Of a stretch of 39,962 bases of DNA, positions 18,713-29,216 are shown one piece after another (position 1 is the first letter of the stretch; each line of letters opens with the position of its first letter). The notes under the pieces were generated by a model. It ran no database searches and was not told where the DNA came from. It was given only the letters and a program-made list of their open reading frames with translations. Source of the stretch: Candidatus Hadarchaeales archaeon (GTDB taxonomy: Archaea > Hadarchaeota > Hadarchaeia > Hadarchaeales > JAWBSP01); NCBI GenBank assembly GCA_038842485.1, contig JAWBSP010000012.1:1-39962 (forward strand), in the 5' to 3' direction. The translations under genes were made by a program, and so were the position numbers.

Positions 18713-20533
18713 TCACTCTCGTCCAGTTCTCTTCAGCCTCCAGCTCAGAATCGCGTTAATGATTTCCCCGTAAGCGGGACGCGTGATGAGGACGGCAATC
18801 AGCACGCCCAAGATGGTGATGATGGCAAATCCCTTCATGGCGCCGAAACCTATGAAAAGGAGCATGAACATCGCGGCCATGGTGGTCAGGGCAGCCGTCA
18901 GGATGATTGTGAAGGCCCTGCTCACCCTTTCTCTAACCCCCCGCGCCCTGTATTCCCGAACCTCCCCCCGGAGAACCTCATCGGTTATTATGAGCTGGTG
19001 CTCCACGCCCGTTCCTATGACCGCTAGAAGCCCCCCTATCTCGGCCAGCCCTATGGTTTGTCTCACCGCCGAGGCAGCCCCGATGGTGAGGATGAGTTCG
19101 CATCCCATGGTGGCGAGGATGGGGAGAACGATACCGAGGTCCCTATATCTCATATATATCATGCAAGCAATGGCGAACACCGCCGCCAGCGCAGCTCTCT
19201 TTATTTCCTCCGCGAACTCTGCCCCCAGTCTTGGCGGGATGTAGGTGGTGGAGGCAATGGTGGTCTTGGCGGTGAGTCTCTGGGATAGAACGGTCTTGAG
19301 TTCGTCAGCCTCCCGGGCGGCCTCGGACTCGCTGGCACGGGTGCCGGTTATCTCGACCTCTCTCTCCTCCTTCCCAGCGATCCCCTCTGAAATCTCTGGT
19401 GCGGACTGGAGCCCGCAGGCCTTAAAGATCCACTCGCTGATGTCAAGCGTACCGCGGGGAAGAAATTCCACCCTGTTTTCGAAAATGTTCTCAATCAACC
19501 GGATGGTTTGCTCAGAAAAAGTTAGATTGTCCCCCAGCAGGATTGCTCTGCTGGTACTCTTTCTACATTCTTGGAGAAGGGCCACCTCATTCTCGCTCGG
19601 GCCTCTCGGGTCGATGGGAATGGCACTGACCAGCAGGTAGAACCCATAGTAATCAGAAATCCTGGCGTAGAACTGCCGCCTCTCCTCCGAGTAATCCACC
19701 ACGCGCGGGTACCGAACTTCCCCCGCCAGCTGGTTGCGCAGGGAAGGATCAAAGATCAAAAGGGCATCAGCCGGTCGGTCCAGGTAAATGGCAAAAGGAT
19801 ATCTCGCCTTCCCGGCGGAGGCCTCGGCGAATCTTTTTGCCCCTTCTTTGGAGATGCGCAACGGTAGCTCGTACCGGTAGAGCCGCCTTTCGGGGAGGTA
19901 TGTGATCCTCACGGAGTAGATGATTTCGATGTCGGATCCCCTGAGGATGAGGGAGTTCTCAATGAAGGCCTCCAGTTTTCCCTCCTTCTCGATGAGCAGT
20001 TTCGCCTGCTCCGGCTCCATGGCGGGGATTTCGAAAAGGAGGAGGTTCGTTCCGGTCGGTCTTGCGCTTACTCCGAGCAGCCCCGCGGGATCGATTCGGT
20101 TCATCAGGGTGGAGATCACCTCGTCCATGGTGGAGGAACTCGCCTCCTCTCTGGAGATTGAGAGGATTTCCCCGAAATTTTCCACCAATCTTCTGAGGAG
20201 GTCTTCTTCAACAGGCTTTCCGATTTCGAACTTTGCGGTGCGGGTGGACTGGTTCACGGCTAGGACCTTAACGTCTGAGAGGAGTTCGTCAGCCAGATGA
20301 TCCCTGAGTTCCGAAACGGCGGTGAAGTTGGGGTCGAAGGGGGCTCGGAACCGGACTTCCACCGAGGTTACATCAAGCCTCACCACAACCCTCGACCCTC
20401 CGGCTAGGTCAAGTCCGGTGGTAATTCCTCTAAGTTCGAAGCTGAGCCCCCTCCATGGCTGCCATACCCCTACAAGGGCGAGGAGGGTGAGCGAAACGAG
20501 GAGAACCACTCTGGGATTTCTATAGGGAGACAT
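18713..20533 (-). CDS. secD: Protein translocase subunit SecD
   Basis: GLDLAGGSRV, NRIDPAG, IPPRLG, GTGVEHQLIITDE, MKGFAIITILGV...ITRPAY; start ATG 20533. Confidence 0.93.
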   Translation of the reverse strand: MSPYRNPRVVLLVSLTLLALVGVWQPWRGLSFELRGITTGLDLAGGSRVVVRLDVTSVEVRFRAPFDPNFTAVSELRDHLADELLSDVKVLAVNQSTRTAKFEIGKPVEEDLLRRLVENFGEILSISREEASSSTMDEVISTLMNRIDPAGLLGVSARPTGTNLLLFEIPAMEPEQAKLLIEKEGKLEAFIENSLILRGSDIEIIYSVRITYLPERRLYRYELPLRISKEGAKRFAEASAGKARYPFAIYLDRPADALLIFDPSLRNQLAGEVRYPRVVDYSEERRQFYARISDYYGFYLLVSAIPIDPRGPSENEVALLQECRKSTSRAILLGDNLTFSEQTIRLIENIFENRVEFLPRGTLDISEWIFKACGLQSAPEISEGIAGKEEREVEITGTRASESEAAREADELKTVLSQRLTAKTTIASTTYIPPRLGAEFAEEIKRAALAAVFAIACMIYMRYRDLGIVLPILATMGCELILTIGAASAVRQTIGLAEIGGLLAVIGTGVEHQLIITDEVLRGEVREYRARGVRERVSRAFTIILTAALTTMAAMFMLLFIGFGAMKGFAIITILGVLIAVLITRPAYGEIINAILSWRLKRTGRE

Positions 20534-21380
20534 AATACATCCTCCTCTTTTTTGTAAAGTGCAGGTACACGCCAGCGTTAAGGAACCAAGTGTCCAGTAG
20601 GTCTGCCCCGAGCCCAAACAGAAGGACGGTGGAGAGCTGATCCAAAGAGGGATTGGTCACGAAGAGATTGACTGCAAGCATGGTGGCGAAGGTGGTGAGG
20701 GTTATCATAAAGCCCGTCTTCATGGCGGAGGCGATTCTCTCCTCTGGTTCACCCTCGAAACGCTTCAGCGCGAAGTTAGCCAGCAGAATATTAGTGTCCA
20801 CCCCGTATCCCAGCAGGAGCAACAGGCCGGCGAGGGAGGCTAGGGAGAGGGGGGTGCCGGTGAGTGCCATCCCCCCAAGAGCGGCTAGGAGGTTGAGGAG
20901 GACGCAGGGGACGGTGAAGAGCACGACCTTTTTCCTGTATACGAAGAGGAGGCACAGCCCTATAACCAAGGCCGCCACCAGGATGGCCGTCACGGCCTGC
21001 TTTCGCTGGGCCCTGCCGAGAGCGGGGCTGTAGGGTAGGATGCTCGGGTTCTCCAGCCCTAGGCCGGAGAGCAGGGTGCAGACCTGGTTCTCGAGGTTCT
21101 CTCCTAGGAGGGGGGTCTGGATGTCAAGTCCGAACCTCCCGGTCAGAGGATCTCTTGTGACCTCCACCTTTATCTCTCCCCCCACGAGCTGACGTAGGGA
21201 GCTCTCAATGCGGGCCACGTCTGGCCGCTCCTCAATCCCCTCGTACCTGATCAGGGTCCCGCTTGAAAATTCCAGGCTGAGAGGAACCCCCAGCGTCAGG
21301 ATGGCTACCAGCATCGATCCAGCCAGCAGCAGGGGGAGCAGAACCATCCATTTCGGATGTCGTAGGATCCTTGGAAACAT
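20520..21380 (-). CDS. secF: Protein translocase subunit SecF
   Basis: SLEFSSGT, SPALG, LSLASLAGLLLLLGYGVDTNILL, DLLDTWFLNAG. Confidence 0.9.
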   Translation of the reverse strand: MFPRILRHPKWMVLLPLLLAGSMLVAILTLGVPLSLEFSSGTLIRYEGIEERPDVARIESSLRQLVGGEIKVEVTRDPLTGRFGLDIQTPLLGENLENQVCTLLSGLGLENPSILPYSPALGRAQRKQAVTAILVAALVIGLCLLFVYRKKVVLFTVPCVLLNLLAALGGMALTGTPLSLASLAGLLLLLGYGVDTNILLANFALKRFEGEPEERIASAMKTGFMITLTTFATMLAVNLFVTNPSLDQLSTVLLFGLGADLLDTWFLNAGVYLHFTKKRRMYYVSL

Positions 21381-21407
21381 CCTTCTATTATTTTCCGGGA
21401 TAAATTG

Positions 21408-22163
21408 ATGCCAGCTCGAGGGGAATGGGTGGTTCTGCTTGACAAGGAGGGGAACAAGTACCTAGTCAGGGTGGAGGATAGGGAGCTTCAGACAAACTTG
21501 GGTGTCCTCAACCTCAGGGAACTGGAGGGACTTGAGTTTGGCCAGAAGCTGAGGACGCACCTGGGGGAGGAGTTCCATGTCCTGCCACCCTCCCTGCCGG
21601 ACCTCTTCGAGAAGCTGAAGCGGGGGCCTCAGGTGGTTCTTCCGAAGGATGCGGCACAGGTGGTTGCTCACACAGGTGTGGGGCCGGGAGACTTAGTGGT
21701 AGACGGGGGAACCGGCTCTGGTTTTCTCGCCATTTTTCTTGGCAACTTGGTTCGGCCGGACGGAAGGGTTTACACTTACGAGATTAGGGAGGACTTCGTC
21801 AAGCTGGCGGAGGAAAATATAGAGAGAGCGGGGCTTGCGGGGGTGGTGACGGTGAAGAGGAAGGACATATACTCGGGAATAGATGAAACGGACGTCGACC
21901 TCGTGACCTTAGATGTTCCAGAACCTCAACAGGTGGTTCCCCATGCCGAGCGAGCCCTGAGGGTGGGCGGATACCTAGCCGCCTTCACCCCCTGCGTCGA
22001 GACCCTTCAGCTTTTGTGTCAGGCGCTCAGGGCCCACCGGTTCGCGGGGGTTAAAACCATCGAGTGCTTGGTGAGGGAAATTCTGGTGAGGCCCGGAGCC
22101 ACCAGACCCAGCACCGAGATGCTGGCCCACACCAGCTACCTGACCTTCGCTAGGAGGATTTGA
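21408..22163 (+). CDS. trmI: tRNA (adenine-N1) methyltransferase
   Basis: KRGPQVVLPKDA, DGGTGSG, YEIREDF, LDVPEP, TRP...HTSYLTFAR. Confidence 0.93.
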   Translation: MPARGEWVVLLDKEGNKYLVRVEDRELQTNLGVLNLRELEGLEFGQKLRTHLGEEFHVLPPSLPDLFEKLKRGPQVVLPKDAAQVVAHTGVGPGDLVVDGGTGSGFLAIFLGNLVRPDGRVYTYEIREDFVKLAEENIERAGLAGVVTVKRKDIYSGIDETDVDLVTLDVPEPQQVVPHAERALRVGGYLAAFTPCVETLQLLCQALRAHRFAGVKTIECLVREILVRPGATRPSTEMLAHTSYLTFARRI

Positions 22164-22542
22164 GGGGCCGGGCCTTGTAGCCGTAACAGATGATTTCCCC
22201 CTCCTCGCTTATTTTCCGGAAGACCATCTCAACCTCGTCCCCGATTTTAACCTCACCGCTGACATCTGTGAGCTGGGCTAGAACCCGGCATCCCTCCTCC
22301 AGCTCGATCAGCGCGAGAAAATAGGGCGCCTGTTTTTCAAATCCGGGAGCGGGTACGTGGACCTTCGTAAAGGAAACAATTCTGCCTCTCCCCTTGACTT
22401 TGTACGGTTGCAGACTCCCTTTCCTCCCACAGGAGGAGCAGAGGTATCTCGGGGGGAAGAACACCTTTCCGCAGTTGGTGCAGCGCGTACCGATGAGGTT
22501 GTACCTGCTCGGTATCTCCCTCCAGAACCTAGGGACGGCCAT
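22150..22542 (-). CDS. DUF35 Zn-ribbon/OB-fold protein (thiolase/HMG-CoA synthase scaffold)
   Basis: CTNCG...FPPR..CSSC; follows the thiolase gene. Confidence 0.92.
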   Translation of the reverse strand: MAVPRFWREIPSRYNLIGTRCTNCGKVFFPPRYLCSSCGRKGSLQPYKVKGRGRIVSFTKVHVPAPGFEKQAPYFLALIELEEGCRVLAQLTDVSGEVKIGDEVEMVFRKISEEGEIICYGYKARPLKSS

Positions 22543-23705
22543 TAACCCATCCTCCTGAAAACGTGGACAACAGCAGTTCCGCCCGTTCCACCCACGTTGT
22601 GGGTGAGCCCGATCTGAGCTCCTTCCACCTGCCTCTTCCCGGCCTCTCCTCTCAGCTGCAGAACTATCTCCACAGCCTGGGCTATCCCCGTCGCTCCAAC
22701 GGGATGCCCCTTCCCCTTCAGCCCACCGCTCGGATTCACCACCACTTTCCCCCCCAAGTCAGTTTGACCCTCTTCCGTCATCTTCCCTCCCTCCCCCTTT
22801 TTACAGAAACCCAAATCCTCGATGGCCATGATCTCCGCGATGGTGAAGCAGTCGTGAACCTCAGCCACCTGTACCTCACTTGGGGAGATTCCGGCCATAC
22901 GGTAAGCCTGCCTGGCCGCCTCCACTGTGGCATCCAACTGGACCAGTGACCTTCTGCCATGAAGGGCCAGGCTGTCTGTGGCATGACCACTACCCGCTAT
23001 GAGGATGGGGGTGTCTGTATACTTTTTTGCTTGATCCGCGGGTGCCAGAACCACGCAGGCAGCTCCGTCCGAGATGGGGGAGCAATCTAGGAGTTTAAGC
23101 GGGCTGCAGACAACTGGTGACTCCAGCACGTCCCTCACGGTTATCTTGGTGTGATACTGGGCGCATGGATTCTTGCTCGCGAAGTTGTGATTCTTGACCG
23201 CAACCATAGCCATCTGCTCTTCCGTGGTACCAAACTCGTACATGTGCCTTCTTGCCATCAGGGCGTAGAGAGCTGGAAAGGTTGCCCCATTGAAAGCCTC
23301 CCACTCCTGATCCGAGGCAGATGCAAGAGCCCCTGTCGCTTCCTCCGTGAGCACATCGCTCATCTTCTCTATCCCAGCCGCCACCACGATGTCGTACAAG
23401 CCGGAGGCCACCGCGATCATGGCTTCTCTGAGGGCAAGCCCTCCAGAGGCACAGGCCGCCTCAACCCGGGTGCAGGGGAGGGGAGCCAGACCGGCTTGGT
23501 CGGCAATGAGGGAGGCGAGGTGCTCCTGTCTGATGAATTGCCCCCCCGACATGTTTCCCAAGTATAGGGCCTGCACGTCCTCCCTGCCCAAGCCCGCATC
23601 CTCCAGAGCCCTCAGCCCGGCCTCCATCATGAGTTCCCGGAAGGAGCTCCACCACAGCTCCCCGAACTTGGTTGTCGCTGCCCCGATGATGGCAACCTTT
23701 CTCAT
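22542..23705 (-). CDS. Acetoacetyl-CoA thiolase (archaeal type)
   Basis: [45 protein letters not shown]. Confidence 0.95.
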   Translation of the reverse strand: MRKVAIIGAATTKFGELWWSSFRELMMEAGLRALEDAGLGREDVQALYLGNMSGGQFIRQEHLASLIADQAGLAPLPCTRVEAACASGGLALREAMIAVASGLYDIVVAAGIEKMSDVLTEEATGALASASDQEWEAFNGATFPALYALMARRHMYEFGTTEEQMAMVAVKNHNFASKNPCAQYHTKITVRDVLESPVVCSPLKLLDCSPISDGAACVVLAPADQAKKYTDTPILIAGSGHATDSLALHGRRSLVQLDATVEAARQAYRMAGISPSEVQVAEVHDCFTIAEIMAIEDLGFCKKGEGGKMTEEGQTDLGGKVVVNPSGGLKGKGHPVGATGIAQAVEIVLQLRGEAGKRQVEGAQIGLTHNVGGTGGTAVVHVFRRMG

Positions 23706-24736
23706 TCTCTCACCAGATACTTGAGTTTGGAGTAGGTGCCGTAGTCTATAAGGATCTTCCGATTCAGGTAATACTCAACGCTTGGGGCCAGCGGCTTCTT
23801 GGATTCCAGATTCTCTGTGGTTCTCAGACTGAGGGCATCGCTTCCCGCCCCGGAGCCGTAGGAAACTAGCAGGATTCTCTGATCTGGCTTTGCTTGGTCC
23901 AGCACGGAGGCCAGCCCTATCAGACTTGAAGCGGAATAAGCGTTCCCCATGTATTTAACGACCAGTCCAGGAAGAACCTTCTCTTGGGGAAATCCCAGCT
24001 CAGCAGCCGCCTGTAGCGGGAACTTGAGGTTGGGCTGATGGAATACGGCGAAATCAAAGTCTTCTGGGGTGAGCTGCAGTTTTCTCATCAAACCTTGGGC
24101 CGCAGCCAAAACGTGTTTGAAGTAGGCGGGCTTTCCCGTGAACCTCCCCCAGTGTCTCGGGTAGGGTTTGCCCTCTCTCCTCCAGAAATCTGGTGTATCC
24201 GTGGTGTATGAGTAGGTGCCCTCGATGACCGCCAGCCACTCGGTGTTTGAGGACCCCACGATATAGCAGGCGGCCCCGGCGGAGGCGGTGAACTCGAGGG
24301 GATCTCCCGGTCTGCACTGGGCCGAGTCGGAGCCGATGGCCATCCCGTACTTCACAAGACCAGACATGACTAGCCCTATGCAGGATTGAAGGGCAGCCGT
24401 CCCCGCCTTGCACGCGAACTCGTAGTCCGCGGCCGTTGTTTCTGGGGTTGCCTCCACCGCTTCGGCCACGATGCTCGCAGCGGGCTTCACGGCATAAGGG
24501 GGTGACTCGGAGCCAACGTAGACCGCACCGATCTCCTTCGGATTGATGCCGGCCCTCTTCAGGGCATTCCTCGCGGCCTCGACCGCCATGGTGGTTGTGT
24601 CCTCGTCCGGGCCAGCGACGGATTTCTCCTCCACCCCTATTCCGAGGGCTTTTTCCCCCCACACCCGCCCTAACTCGGATGTGCTTATCCGGTAAACCGG
24701 AATGTAAACCCCATACCCCACGATTCCAGCGAGCAT
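23702..24736 (-). CDS. Hydroxymethylglutaryl-CoA synthase
   Basis: [48 protein letters not shown]. Confidence 0.95.
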   Translation of the reverse strand: MLAGIVGYGVYIPVYRISTSELGRVWGEKALGIGVEEKSVAGPDEDTTTMAVEAARNALKRAGINPKEIGAVYVGSESPPYAVKPAASIVAEAVEATPETTAADYEFACKAGTAALQSCIGLVMSGLVKYGMAIGSDSAQCRPGDPLEFTASAGAACYIVGSSNTEWLAVIEGTYSYTTDTPDFWRREGKPYPRHWGRFTGKPAYFKHVLAAAQGLMRKLQLTPEDFDFAVFHQPNLKFPLQAAAELGFPQEKVLPGLVVKYMGNAYSASSLIGLASVLDQAKPDQRILLVSYGSGAGSDALSLRTTENLESKKPLAPSVEYYLNRKILIDYGTYSKLKYLVRE

Positions 24737-24769
24737 ATTTCGCTCAGGGACACCACATAAAGCCTTCCA

Positions 24770-25480
24770 TCAGCTCAGCTTTTTGAGGTTCTCAATGATA
24801 TCCTCAACCCGCCGCAAACGCGAGATGGCGACGGGGAGGAGGAGCTGCTCCGCAATCTTGACGGCGAGCGGATCGATTTTCTCGATGACCCCATGCAACA
24901 CCACCAGTCCGGGAGATATTCCCACGACCTTTATCGCCACCAAGGGGGACCGGCCCGTTCCCACACCAGTGAACACGAGAGCCCTCTCGGCCGTCATCCC
25001 ATAAAACTTCTTGAAGTCCTCGGAAGAAAGGGAGAGGATGGCTTTGAGGCTGTCCACCACCGTGTAGCCGAAGAGCTTACGTTCGGCAAGCTGGGGGCAT
25101 GCCACAAGTTCCCCCTTTACAAGCTCACAGAACCTTTCGACCGTCACTGCTTCCTCCAGTTCCCGCAGGTCCAGCACCACCTCCGAGGGGAGATGGCTTC
25201 CCAGAACGTGGGAGAGGGATCCAAGCATCCTTCCACCGGATCTCTGGTCATGTTCGATGAGGGCCTCGACCATTCTCCTTACCAGCCCGATGCCAGGAGA
25301 CTTCCTCCTCCCGCTCTCATAGTCACTCACCACCGAGGGAGACATCCCCAGCGCCATGGCCAGGGCCGTTTGGCTCACATTGAACATCTCCCTCCACCTC
25401 CTCAGGGCCGCGCTGGGTTTGGGGGAGAAAACGATGTCCCCCGCGATCCATTTAGCGACGGTTTCCCTCAGCCTCTCCAT
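24770..25480 (-). CDS. Archaeal XRE-type HTH transcriptional regulator
   Basis: IAGDIVFS, RRWREMF, SPSVVSDYESGRRKSPG, ERALVFTGVGTGRSPLVA. Confidence 0.88.
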   Translation of the reverse strand: MERLRETVAKWIAGDIVFSPKPSAALRRWREMFNVSQTALAMALGMSPSVVSDYESGRRKSPGIGLVRRMVEALIEHDQRSGGRMLGSLSHVLGSHLPSEVVLDLRELEEAVTVERFCELVKGELVACPQLAERKLFGYTVVDSLKAILSLSSEDFKKFYGMTAERALVFTGVGTGRSPLVAIKVVGISPGLVVLHGVIEKIDPLAVKIAEQLLLPVAISRLRRVEDIIENLKKLS

Positions 25481-25532
25481 CAAAAACTAGCCCACAAAAT
25501 AACGCCCAATTAAAACCCGGGGTGAGATACAG

Positions 25533-26729
25533 ATGGATCTCACCATTGAAAGGTTGTCTGGCCCCAGCATGGAGGAGACCGATTTTGAAATCGTGGAGAG
25601 GAAAGGATTGGGACATCCGGACACCATCTGCGATCTCGTGTTGGATCGGGTTTCGGTGGAACTGAGCAGGGAGTACCTGAAGAGGTTCGGCACCGTCCTG
25701 CACCACAATGCGGACAAGTCCCTGCTGGTGGCGGGAGAGGCGGAAACCAGGTTCGGCGGCGGGAAAGTGAAGAAACCGATGCTGTTCGTTTTCGGGGATA
25801 GAGCCACCCGTCGGGTTGGGGAGGAAGAGGTGGATGTGGACGGGATTGTTATCAGAGCCTCCAAGCAGTGGTTTAAGGAGAACCTCAGGTTCGTTGATCC
25901 GGAGAGGCATCTGAGATACAGAGTGGAACTGAAACCCGGCTCGGCGGCTCTGGTGGATCTCTTCAGGAGAGTCAGGAAAGGGGAATTCCTGGGGGCAAAT
26001 GACACCTCCGCGGCCGTAGGGTATGCTCCCCTCAGCAGGTTGGAGACACTCGTGCTTAAGACGGAAAAATACCTTAACTCTAAGGACTTCAAGCGCAGGT
26101 TCCCGGAAACGGGGGAGGATGTGAAGGTGATGGGGATAAGGAGGAAGAAGAGGGTCAGCCTCACCATTGCGATGGCCTTCGTGGACAAATTCATCAAGAG
26201 TGAGGAGGATTACTTCCGGAGAAAGGAAGAGGTTTTGGAAGACCTCAAAGATTTTCTCTCACGCATCGGGTTTGGAGAAGTGGAGCTGGCTCTGAATACC
26301 TTGGACGCTAGGGGGAGGGGGCCGGATGGAGTCTATCTCACGGTGTTGGGAACCAGCGCGGACGGTGCGGATTCCGGCGAGGTGGGGAGGGGAAACCGGC
26401 CCAACGGGGTGATACCGCTCAACCGCCCTGTAAGTTCCGAGGCCGCCGCTGGAAAGAACCCCGTCAGCCACATAGGCAAGATTTACAACCTCTTCTCCCA
26501 CAGGCTGGCGGAGGCCATTTACGAGAGGGTTGAGGGATTGAAGGAGGTATACGTGTGGCTGGTGAGCCAGATAGGAAAGCCAATCAACGAGCCCCAACTG
26601 GTGTTGGTGAAGGCGATCTCCGGAAGGGGCGGATTTGAGGACGAGGTAAGAGAAACGGTCGAGGAGGAGTTCTCCCGTTTGGGGGAATTTTGCGATCGTC
26701 TCATCCGCGGCGAAATACCCATCTGTTGA
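25533..26729 (+). CDS. mat: Methionine adenosyltransferase (archaeal type)
   Basis: [56 protein letters not shown]. Confidence 0.96.
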   Translation: MDLTIERLSGPSMEETDFEIVERKGLGHPDTICDLVLDRVSVELSREYLKRFGTVLHHNADKSLLVAGEAETRFGGGKVKKPMLFVFGDRATRRVGEEEVDVDGIVIRASKQWFKENLRFVDPERHLRYRVELKPGSAALVDLFRRVRKGEFLGANDTSAAVGYAPLSRLETLVLKTEKYLNSKDFKRRFPETGEDVKVMGIRRKKRVSLTIAMAFVDKFIKSEEDYFRRKEEVLEDLKDFLSRIGFGEVELALNTLDARGRGPDGVYLTVLGTSADGADSGEVGRGNRPNGVIPLNRPVSSEAAAGKNPVSHIGKIYNLFSHRLAEAIYERVEGLKEVYVWLVSQIGKPINEPQLVLVKAISGRGGFEDEVRETVEEEFSRLGEFCDRLIRGEIPIC

Positions 26730-26736
26730 GGTCTGA

Positions 26737-28221
26737 GTGGGGATCTTTGAAATTCTGGAGAGGGATGTGGCGGGCAGGATAGGCAAACTTAGGACTCCCC
26801 ATGGAACTCTCCGCACGCCCTGTTTGCTCCCGGTCGTGAACCCGGTGAAGTTGGAGGTACCCATCGAGCAGATGAAGAGGGCGGGAGTGGAAGCCCTCAT
26901 GACGAATGCCTACCTCATCTACAGGCACAACCCAGACTCCTCTGACGTGCACAAACTCTTGGGTTTCGAGGGCCCCATCGCCACCGATTCGGGGGGTTTC
27001 CAGATCTTAAAGTACGGGAGCGTGGAGGTTGGCCCTGAGGAGATAGTGCGGTTCCAAGAGAAGATTTCCCCCGACATTGCGGTGATTCTGGATGTTCCCA
27101 CCAGCGCCAGGGATAGCAGGAAGCAGGCGGAGGAGAAGGTCAACCTCACGATCCAGAGGGCGAGGGAAGCCGTCACGCTGAGGAGGAGTTCCTCCATTCT
27201 CTGGTGTGCACCCGTACAGGGTGGCAAGTATTTGGAGCTGGTGGAGAGGTGCGCGCGGGAGGTCGGGGAGCAGGACTACTCCCTTCACGCCATCGGTGGG
27301 CCGGTGGAGTACTTTGAGCGCTATCAGTTCGACAGGGTGGTGGATCTCACGATGACCGCCAAGAGGAACCTACCTCTCAGCCGTCCGGTCCACCTTTTCG
27401 GCGCGGGGCACCCCCTCTCCTTCTCCCTGGCGGTTCTCATGGGTTGCGACCTCTTCGACTCCGCTGCTTACGCCCTGTTCGCCAAAGCTGACAGGTACAT
27501 GACCGCCGGCGGAACTCTCAGGCTGGAGGAGCTGGAGGAGCTGCCGTGCGAGTGCCCTGTGTGTTTGAGCCACTCGGTCAGCGAACTCAAGAGGCTTGAG
27601 AAGAAGGAGAGGGTGAAACTACTCGCCCTACACAATCTCCACCTCTCCCTAGCCGAGGTGAGGAGGATAAAGCAGGCCATAGCGGAGGGGAGGCTCTGGG
27701 ACTATACCTACCGGAGATGCCTGTCGCATCCAGGACTGCTGGATGGTTTTAGGAGGCTTGCCCTGTACTCCGAATGGCTCGTGAAGTTCGATCCCGTAAC
27801 CAAACCTTCGGGTTTCCTTTACGCCGGTCCCGAGTCCGCGTGGCGCCCTGAGGTTCTCAGGCACCGGTCTCGCATGAAGCGCTACACCCCTCCCCCGGTC
27901 CAGACCCTCCTGATAGTGCCCTTCGACTGCAAACCGCCCGCAGTACCGGGTCACGTTTTGAAGCTGGTCCCACCCTTCGGAATAATTCCGGAGGAACTTT
28001 CTGGGTTCTATCCCTTGGGACAGTACCAGCTTCCGCGGGATTTCTCAAGGGAGGAACTGCTGGCAGTTCTTCCATCCCTGCGGGAGTACCTTGAGAGATT
28101 TGGGGAAAAGTACGAAAAAGTTATCCTGGTCTGGAGTGAGAAGTTCGGTGAGGAACTGCTGGAGGCCTGCGGTTCGGTGACGGGAAAGCTTGAGGTATAC
28201 CGAAAGGCACAAAAGTCCTAG
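26737..28221 (+). CDS. tgtA: Archaeosine tRNA-guanine(15) transglycosylase lacking the C-terminal PUA domain
   Basis: TDSGGFQ, HLFGAGHP, GCDLFDSAAY, Zn site CECPVC...HNL; 494 aa. Confidence 0.92.
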   Translation: MGIFEILERDVAGRIGKLRTPHGTLRTPCLLPVVNPVKLEVPIEQMKRAGVEALMTNAYLIYRHNPDSSDVHKLLGFEGPIATDSGGFQILKYGSVEVGPEEIVRFQEKISPDIAVILDVPTSARDSRKQAEEKVNLTIQRAREAVTLRRSSSILWCAPVQGGKYLELVERCAREVGEQDYSLHAIGGPVEYFERYQFDRVVDLTMTAKRNLPLSRPVHLFGAGHPLSFSLAVLMGCDLFDSAAYALFAKADRYMTAGGTLRLEELEELPCECPVCLSHSVSELKRLEKKERVKLLALHNLHLSLAEVRRIKQAIAEGRLWDYTYRRCLSHPGLLDGFRRLALYSEWLVKFDPVTKPSGFLYAGPESAWRPEVLRHRSRMKRYTPPPVQTLLIVPFDCKPPAVPGHVLKLVPPFGIIPEELSGFYPLGQYQLPRDFSREELLAVLPSLREYLERFGEKYEKVILVWSEKFGEELLEACGSVTGKLEVYRKAQKS

Positions 28222-28223
28222 GT

Positions 28224-28709
28224 ATGAGAGTGCTGGGTATGAGGGAGCTGGGTGAAGGGGAAAGGGAGGTCATGCTGGATGACAAAAACAGAAAACTGCT
28301 GAAGATCCTCTCCTCCAACTCCAAGACGCCTCTCAAGGAGCTGGCAAGAACGATCGGTTTGAGCCTCCAAGCAACCTACAAGCGACTCAAATCGCTTGAG
28401 GAGCGAGGCGTGATAAGATATACCATCTCCGTGAACCCCAAGTTGGTCGGGAGGGGTACGCTGGCTTTCATTTTCGTGGATTCCACCGCAGGGAAGGAGA
28501 AGGAGCTCTCCCAGAGGCTTTACCACTGGCCGGATGTCTGCGAGATTCACGAAATCTCCTCGGAGAGGAGCGGCCTGCTCCTGAAGGTGCGGGCGAGGGA
28601 TCAGGAGGCCTTGGCTAGGCTCCAAGAGAGGGTGAAGGCCCAAGAACCGGAGGCGAAGGTTCGCGTCCTTGAGGTGATAAGGACCATAAAGGAGACAAAT
28701 GCATTCTGA
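28224..28709 (+). CDS. Lrp/AsnC family transcriptional regulator
   Basis: LDDKNRKLL...LKELARTIGLS...RLKSLEERGVI; the true start may be ATG 28272. Confidence 0.88.
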   Translation: MRVLGMRELGEGEREVMLDDKNRKLLKILSSNSKTPLKELARTIGLSLQATYKRLKSLEERGVIRYTISVNPKLVGRGTLAFIFVDSTAGKEKELSQRLYHWPDVCEIHEISSERSGLLLKVRARDQEALARLQERVKAQEPEAKVRVLEVIRTIKETNAF

Positions 28710-28920
28710 GATAGTTTGGAGGGCGTTTTCTTCCGTTCTTCCCTATCTAGTTTACCCCCAGGAGCTGAAGCAGCTTCTGGAGGAGAGCCCTGGAGCGCCG
28801 GTGGAGGTGCTCGTCCAGAGGCTGAGGGAAGCGATCCCCAAGCTGGATGAGATAAGACGAACAGATATCCGCATCTTCCTCAACGAGCTGGAGCGGCTGG
28901 TTAGGGCTGGAGGAGCTTGA
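28699..28920 (+). CDS. Hypothetical protein (73 aa)
   Basis: Overlaps the Lrp stop; helical composition; fills the gap between genes. Confidence 0.65.
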   Translation: MHSEIVWRAFSSVLPYLVYPQELKQLLEESPGAPVEVLVQRLREAIPKLDEIRRTDIRIFLNELERLVRAGGA

Positions 28921-29164
28921 AGACCTGATCCTTCTCCCTGACTCTCTCCTTGACCTTCAGCCCGATGGCATCTCCGGCCTTCGCCACCTGAACGTTCTGG
29001 TGCTCTATCTGCATGGATTCCACCACCTGCTGGAAGTTGGTCGTGACCCCCTCGATGGATATCACGTCCCCCACCTTCAGCTCATCCACGAGTTCGACGA
29101 CTCCCACACCTATTTTGGGGAAATAGTGAGTGACCCTTCCCACCAGCTTTTTTTGCGGCTGCAT
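28901..29164 (-). CDS. Small translation-elongation-factor-like beta-barrel protein (87 aa)
   Basis: VGRVTHYFPKIGVGVVEL, LKVGD, QVVESMQIEH, AKAGDAIG; start ATG 29164. Confidence 0.85.
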   Translation of the reverse strand: MQPQKKLVGRVTHYFPKIGVGVVELVDELKVGDVISIEGVTTNFQQVVESMQIEHQNVQVAKAGDAIGLKVKERVREKDQVFKLLQP

Positions 29165-29216
29165 CAACAAAATCCCCGGGGGCTTTAAAATCAAAAACCC
29201 ACCCGCCTAAATATAC

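Noticed and set aside
24742-24810. Second possible C/D sRNA on the - strand (CTGA..TGATGG..CTGA)
   Set aside because: C boxes are poor and the guide length is non-canonical.
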